From the IMG/VR virus record IMGVR_UViG_3300021962_000061, positions 25,598 to 89,597 of that record: 64,000 bases of DNA, one strand, 5' to 3'. Shown here piece after piece: positions 59,988 through 64,000 of this stretch. Position 1 is the stretch's first letter; each line of letters begins with the position of its first letter. The DNA comes from a virus. The notes beneath the pieces were generated by a model that saw only the letters and a list, made by a program, of their open reading frames with translations, made no database searches and was not told where the DNA came from. The position numbers and the translations under genes are program-made.

Positions 59988-60215
59988 GATGCTCATGTAT
60001 CTCTCACACTTCCACACATCTCTGATTTTTCAATCATGATAGACTCGGGTGATTTTCAGATTTTGTATCGCGAGTACAAAACCAGCGATACATGAGCAAC
60101 AGAGAAGGATGGGATAGTTGGGTTTGCTCACTCCAGGCATCCGGTGGAGGCTATACATTACTGCTAGCCACATCCTAAAGACAGCCGACACGTACATTGC
60201 TGCAGAGGTGTCGGG
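59988..60215 (-). ncRNA. candidate structured RNA(s) between tRNA-Ala and tRNA-Gln
   Basis: 12-bp TGCTCATGTATC/GATACATGAGCA stem; AGGATG/CATCCT junction; CCGACAC/GTGTCGG hairpin; GCAA and GTAA tetraloops. Confidence 0.5.
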
Positions 60216-60222
60216 CATATTT

Positions 60223-60298
60223 TGGTGGAGATGGACGGGATCGAACCGACGACATCCAGCTTGCAAAGCTGGCGCTCTCCCAACTGAGCTACATCCCC
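60223..60298 (-). tRNA. tRNA-Ala(TGC)
   Basis: G3:T70 pair, CCAGC-TTTGCAA-GCTGG. Confidence 0.94.
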
Positions 60299-60302
60299 AA
60301 AT

Positions 60303-60456
60303 AAGGCGTGGGCTACCATTCAAGGTTCGTTCTTAGACCTTACCCCCACGCAATAAGGCTGCATTCCGTTAGCTCTCATAATTCATATAGTGCTACCCAT
60401 ACGGACAAACTCTCACACTATAGGGGTGTACCCGTCAGACATGCCTGCAGGTCACC
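60303..60456 (-). ncRNA. candidate structured RNA(s) between tRNA-Asn and tRNA-Ala
   Basis: CTGCA/TGCAG and TATAGTG/CACTATA stems, then GCGTGGG/CCCACGC with inner AAGGT/ACCTT. Confidence 0.4.
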
Positions 60457-60460
60457 AAGA

Positions 60461-60535
60461 TGGCTGGCGAGGTAGGGATCGAACCTACGACAGAGTGATT
60501 AACAGTCACTTGATCTACCACTGATCTACTCGCCA
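60461..60535 (-). tRNA. tRNA-Asn(GTT)
   Basis: AGTGA-CTGTTAA-TCACT, G73-CCA. Confidence 0.92.
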
Positions 60536-60548
60536 ATAAAATATGATA

Positions 60549-60625
60549 TGGCGACTCGGATGGGGCTCGAACCCACGACCTCATGCGTGACAGGCATGTG
60601 AACTAACCAACTGTTCTACCGAGCC
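60549..60625 (-). tRNA. tRNA-Asp(GTC)
   Basis: CATGC-CTGTCAC-GCATG, G73-CCA. Confidence 0.93.
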
Positions 60626-60630
60626 AGAAA

Positions 60631-60706
60631 TGGTGGACCGTGTAGGGATCGAACCTACGACCTGTTGATTAAGAGTCAAATGCTCTACCAGCTGAGCTAA
60701 CGATCC
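60631..60706 (-). tRNA. tRNA-Lys(CTT)
   Basis: TTGA-CTCTTAA-TCAA, CCA. Confidence 0.92.
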
Positions 60707-60713
60707 ATAATAA

Positions 60714-60996
60714 ATGCCGGTTACTAATCCGGCGTCACACTATGCTCCGTGGTGACAGTCGACGCTGCTATGATAACAGATAGCAGTCTGTTATAGGTCC
60801 ACGCTTTTCACTGCTACAACAACAAACAGTTCGGGCCGGTACAATATGGCCTACCTACAACGAGGAGGTGGTGGGACACCCAGTTAATAAGGTCGCTGTT
60901 AAGCCGTCCTGAACGGAAGCCGAGCATGACACTCCAGTCGGTCTAGAAAGATGTTTAGACTAAATGCCGACAGGTCGCGAAGCACCTAATTGGAAT
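60714..60996 (-). ncRNA. candidate ~280-nt multi-domain structured RNA heading the tRNA operon
   Basis: no ORF; many nested stems and a predicted H-type pseudoknot; sits between boxA and the first tRNA. Confidence 0.55.
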
Positions 60997-61001
60997 TCGT
61001 G

Positions 61002-61013
61002 TTTTTAAAGAGC
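61002..61013 (-). promoter_or_regulatory. boxA-like antitermination element
   Basis: GCTCTTTAAAAA versus rrn boxA TGCTCTTTAACA, ~35 nt downstream of the -10 box. Confidence 0.65.
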
Positions 61014-61047
61014 TGAACAAGAGCACAATGTCTTATCCAGGGCTAGC

Positions 61048-61076
61048 ATTATCTGCTAGTTTAATATGTATGTCAA
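61048..61076 (-). promoter_or_regulatory. sigma70-like promoter of the tRNA/ncRNA operon
   Basis: TTGACA-17-GATAAT. Confidence 0.7.
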
Positions 61077-61942
61077 CAGCCTCGAAAACAAGTTTGCTTA
61101 GCTAACTTTTGCCAATTGGCATAATCCATCTTCATCAACGTGGCCAACTTAATGACCATTCGAAGAGAGAGTTCACGGAGATTATCCATGTTCTTCTCTA
61201 CGAAGTCCACGATCGTAGACTCGTCGACCAATGTCAAACCCTTATCACGGAGCATCCCTAACGCAACGACTTGCTTGATACGAACGACGTAGTCCATCTT
61301 CGTCTTCATAGCCAAGTCGAGGTAATGAGACCTCGAGACAAGCGCCTCAAAGTGAGGAGCAAGTCTTGAACCACGAGCAATGAGATCATCAAAGTCGTAG
61401 TTCGTGATAAAGATCACCGAACCTTCGAACTCGAAACTGTTAGGAATCGGTTCGCCATCTTCATCTTCGATCTTATCAATAGATCGTGACAACCAATGAA
61501 GTTTGCGAGTGTCAGTAGAGTCACACGCGCTCTTCAACAAGTTCATTGACACGTCATCTGCGAAGATCGAATCCGAATCGTCGAATACAAGCACGCTGTG
61601 AGCGAAACGAGCTTCATATAACAATCGGTAGAGCGAGAGAGGACGAACATAACCCTTGATGTAGGTCACATGGTGACCCTGATCTTCGAGTTCCTTCATC
61701 TTCTGCTCAACCGTATACGACTTACCAAGACCAGCAGGTCCAGATACAATCAGAGCACGGTTGATGCCCTTACCTGTTGCCTCAGTGAGAACCTCAAGAG
61801 CGTTGAAACGATCCTTGAGCTTCTCCTCGATCTGCTCTACTGACTCTATACTCTTAGTAAGTGTAAGAGTCGGCATCACAGTACCTTGCTTCCGACGATT
61901 CTTAGTCATTCGGAAACCCTTCTTTGGAACGCCTCTAGGCAT
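61073..61942 (-). CDS. P-loop (AAA-type) ATPase conserved in T4-like phages
   Basis: IVSGPAGLGKS Walker A, LVFDDSD Walker B, F.GSVIFITN, H..AL.SR; ATG 61942 with GAGG. Confidence 0.8.
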   Translation of the reverse strand: MPRGVPKKGFRMTKNRRKQGTVMPTLTLTKSIESVEQIEEKLKDRFNALEVLTEATGKGINRALIVSGPAGLGKSYTVEQKMKELEDQGHHVTYIKGYVRPLSLYRLLYEARFAHSVLVFDDSDSIFADDVSMNLLKSACDSTDTRKLHWLSRSIDKIEDEDGEPIPNSFEFEGSVIFITNYDFDDLIARGSRLAPHFEALVSRSHYLDLAMKTKMDYVVRIKQVVALGMLRDKGLTLVDESTIVDFVEKNMDNLRELSLRMVIKLATLMKMDYANWQKLAKQTCFRGC

Positions 61943-61974
61943 TCGATACCTCATTCATCTCAAACATGACGCGC

Positions 61975-62245
61975 ACTATACGCACATTGGCCAGACATAG
62001 CAACACGTAGAATCAAGGGGTTACAAAATTGACCATAACCTCTTGATTTTCAACGAGTTATAACTTGTTGATTTTACTGGGGAATTTGAGAGCACATTTT
62101 GACGTGTATATACGAAAATTGAGCTAGTAGTACGCCAATGATACACAACTACACCTTCTAGACGACCTCGAAACGTGTAACCCATTGATTCTGAAGGAAA
62201 ACGTGTTTTCTTCATCCAAAAACACGGCGTTGTAACTTATTGATT
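61975..62245 (-). promoter_or_regulatory. repeated early promoter copy 3 with an extended IHF-site array
   Basis: TTGCTA-17-TATAGT; IHF matches at 62011-62023, 62036-62048, 62048-62060 (1 mismatch), 62061-62073, 62178-62190, 62233-62245. Confidence 0.7.
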
Positions 62246-62434
62246 ATAGTAAGGATTTTCAGTGCGTAGGAATTGCTCGACCAATCGCTCAGCATATCGG
62301 ATGTCGCAACACCGTATTCTGTCTTCAGTTCTAAGAGTCTTATCCGTAAGAACACAAATGATGTTCTCAGGACCGTCAACAACCAGTTCAGCAACTTTAT
62401 TGTTAAATGCTATTGATCGGTAAACTAGACTCAT
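62237..62434 (-). CDS. hypothetical protein
   Basis: 65-aa ORF with GGAG RBS overlapping the carbamoyltransferase 3' end. Confidence 0.45.
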   Translation of the reverse strand: MSLVYRSIAFNNKVAELVVDGPENIICVLTDKTLRTEDRIRCCDIRYAERLVEQFLRTENPYYNQ

Positions 62435-63623
62435 TGTTGTACTGCTCCACTAACTTATAAAGTTTGTCCTTGGTCTCTACTATACTATATTCAGGACCAA
62501 GATACAAGGTGTCAATATTTTTAAATTTAGTATTTGGAAATTTATGTTTGTAGTGATATAGAGCAGCACCTAGTGCTTGGGATGCATCACACGCGATTGG
62601 TTCAATGAACACATTGAGATGTGGAAATGTCTTCTTGATTATTGAGTTTCCGAGAATGTTTAATGCACACCCACCACCTAACACCAGGTTGTTAGATGGA
62701 TTCAAATCTAGAGCCTGCTGTACTCTCTTTATAAAAATATCTTCCAAAGCTCTTTGAATATTATAGGCTAAATCTTTTTTAATCTCATCAGACGGATCAA
62801 TAAGAACAGGATTAGTTATTGTATCCACTTGACTATCATTTCTAAAGAAATTAGCATCCGAATGAGTTGTGCCTGGTATCAGCATAGGAGGAAGATTGTT
62901 AGGTTTACCGTAAGCTGAGAGGCCCATTGTTTTGCCAGCTTCATTAGAAGAAGGAAACCCTATATGTCTTGTTATTGTTCCATACATCTTGCCAATATCT
63001 ACATGCGATGATATTTGTACTGGATATTTAAAGAATTGTTTAGCATTTTGTGTTTTCGTATATGACCATCCAGTTAGTCCAAGGCCATGCTGCATATAAA
63101 ACAAATGTTTAAACAATGTTCTGAGATTTTGGTCAGCTTTGAAAATTGTTGTCGTTTCAGATAGATTGCAATCTGCCCAAACCCAGCCTGTTCCTACACC
63201 ATCAATTATGATGCAGTTTGCTTCTTCGAATCCTGATTGATAAAAGCCAGCAGCAGCATGGTATAAGTGGTGGTTGCTATTGTCGACAACAATTTGGCCA
63301 GTTTGTATTTTGGCCTTTTGCAGCATTTTTGTTAGTAGCATAACGTGAGTCGATACAGCAAACCCATTAACATTAGGCTCATGTTTTACATAAGCTGGAG
63401 AGTTTGGATTATTATTGTTATCTCTTACGTTGACTAGAACAACTAAATTAACTTTGTTTGTATATTTCTTAATGTGTTCTATATCATGTTGTTGTATTTT
63501 ACATGTGTGCTTTTGTCTAGTTGTTCTCTCACATGGATAGGCAAATAACACTTTACTATCTTCAAGTAGACAGATGCATGAATCGTGACTAGAAGATGAA
63601 AGTGCTAATGTGTAAAAACTCAT
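62403..63623 (-). CDS. carbamoyltransferase N-terminal (Kae1-like) domain, CmcH/NodU family
   Basis: SHDS, ER.TR.KH, HHLYHAA.GFY.SGF, IDGVG, AGKTMGLSAYG, LGGGCALN, D...A.GAA, LYLGP. Confidence 0.88.
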   Translation of the reverse strand: MSFYTLALSSSSHDSCICLLEDSKVLFAYPCERTTRQKHTCKIQQHDIEHIKKYTNKVNLVVLVNVRDNNNNPNSPAYVKHEPNVNGFAVSTHVMLLTKMLQKAKIQTGQIVVDNSNHHLYHAAAGFYQSGFEEANCIIIDGVGTGWVWADCNLSETTTIFKADQNLRTLFKHLFYMQHGLGLTGWSYTKTQNAKQFFKYPVQISSHVDIGKMYGTITRHIGFPSSNEAGKTMGLSAYGKPNNLPPMLIPGTTHSDANFFRNDSQVDTITNPVLIDPSDEIKKDLAYNIQRALEDIFIKRVQQALDLNPSNNLVLGGGCALNILGNSIIKKTFPHLNVFIEPIACDASQALGAALYHYKHKFPNTKFKNIDTLYLGPEYSIVETKDKLYKLVEQYNNESSLPINSI

Positions 63624-64000
63624 TTACTAACAACAACCTGCAACTCAGGGAGGTATAGGTAATCAATTCTAGACTTTGCAAATGTTTTGAATGTATCTTC
63701 TATAGTTTCCACCAACGGTTCACCAGCAAGATTCAATGATGTATTCAATACCATTGGTACCCCTGTCAAGTTGTAAAATGCTTTAATTAGGTTGTAGTAG
63801 TGATAATTTTGCTGTTCTGTTACCGTTTGTATTCTACACGACCCATCGACATGAATAACACAAGGTATAATATGCTTCTTGTCTTCTTTGCACGTAAATG
63901 AAAATGTCATGTATGGTGATTCTGGCAATCCAAGCATATCGAACCACTGATTAGCATACTCTAGCATCATTGATGCAGCTAGAGGTCTAAAGTATTCTCT
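63620..64000 (-). CDS. carbamoyltransferase C-terminal (YrdC-like) domain, 5' part outside window
   Basis: RP.AASMM, ESPYM, HVDGSCRIQTV, TGVPMVLNTS.NLAGEPLVET. Confidence 0.88.
   Translation of the reverse strand, partial: REYFRPLAASMMLEYANQWFDMLGLPESPYMTFSFTCKEDKKHIIPCVIHVDGSCRIQTVTEQQNYHYYNLIKAFYNLTGVPMVLNTSLNLAGEPLVETIEDTFKTFAKSRIDYLYLPELQVVVSK

Noticed and set aside
58600-60336. ORFs 58600-58860, 58656-59000, 59551-59871, 60030-60323, 60118-60336
   Set aside because: They run through clear tRNA genes and have no recognisable protein motifs.
60714-60996. tmRNA, RNase P RNA, SRP RNA or self-splicing intron
   Set aside because: No T-arm plus CCA acceptor end, no GAGGAAAGTCC, no SRP domain IV and no interrupted gene; kept as unclassified.
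62021-62394. ORFs 62021-62215 and 62212-62394
   Set aside because: The first spans the IHF/promoter array and the second overlaps a better-supported ORF in another frame; neither has clear RBS or motif support.

Overview
64-kb segment of a large T4-like myophage genome, AT-rich and read in the standard genetic code. The host is probably a Proteobacterium (sigma70-type promoters, IHF-consensus sites, rrn-type boxA). Positions 1-32.4 kb are late virion genes: tail fibres, DUF4815/VrlC-like proteins, gp8, gp7, gp6, gp25, PAAR, gp5, gp27-like, gp53, gp48, gp4, gp2, gp54, gp26/gp51 and tape measure. Positions 32.4-50 kb hold a lipoprotein, gp32, gp59, a DenV-like gene, DNA ligase, many small early genes and modification enzymes (sulfo-, methyl- and carbamoyl-transferases, 2OG-Fe(II) oxygenases). 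Positions 50-61 kb are a tRNA array (22 of the window's 23 tRNAs) interleaved with accessory genes and several unexplained structured RNAs. Top observations: (1) a 1699-aa Thr-rich baseplate-linked protein whose residues ~72-761 are mirror-complementary (K/R faces F/Y) around a central turn, suggesting a ~110-nm beta-hairpin filament; (2) a textbook -1 frameshift signal that would fuse gp26 to a start-less gp51 frame just upstream of the tape measure, like lambda G/GT; (3) non-tRNA structured RNAs in a boxA-containing tRNA operon; (4) IHF-box arrays at three repeated, apparently leaderless early promoters; (5) N-x-S/T sequon enrichment in virion proteins. All calls come from manual motif recognition; no database searches were run.
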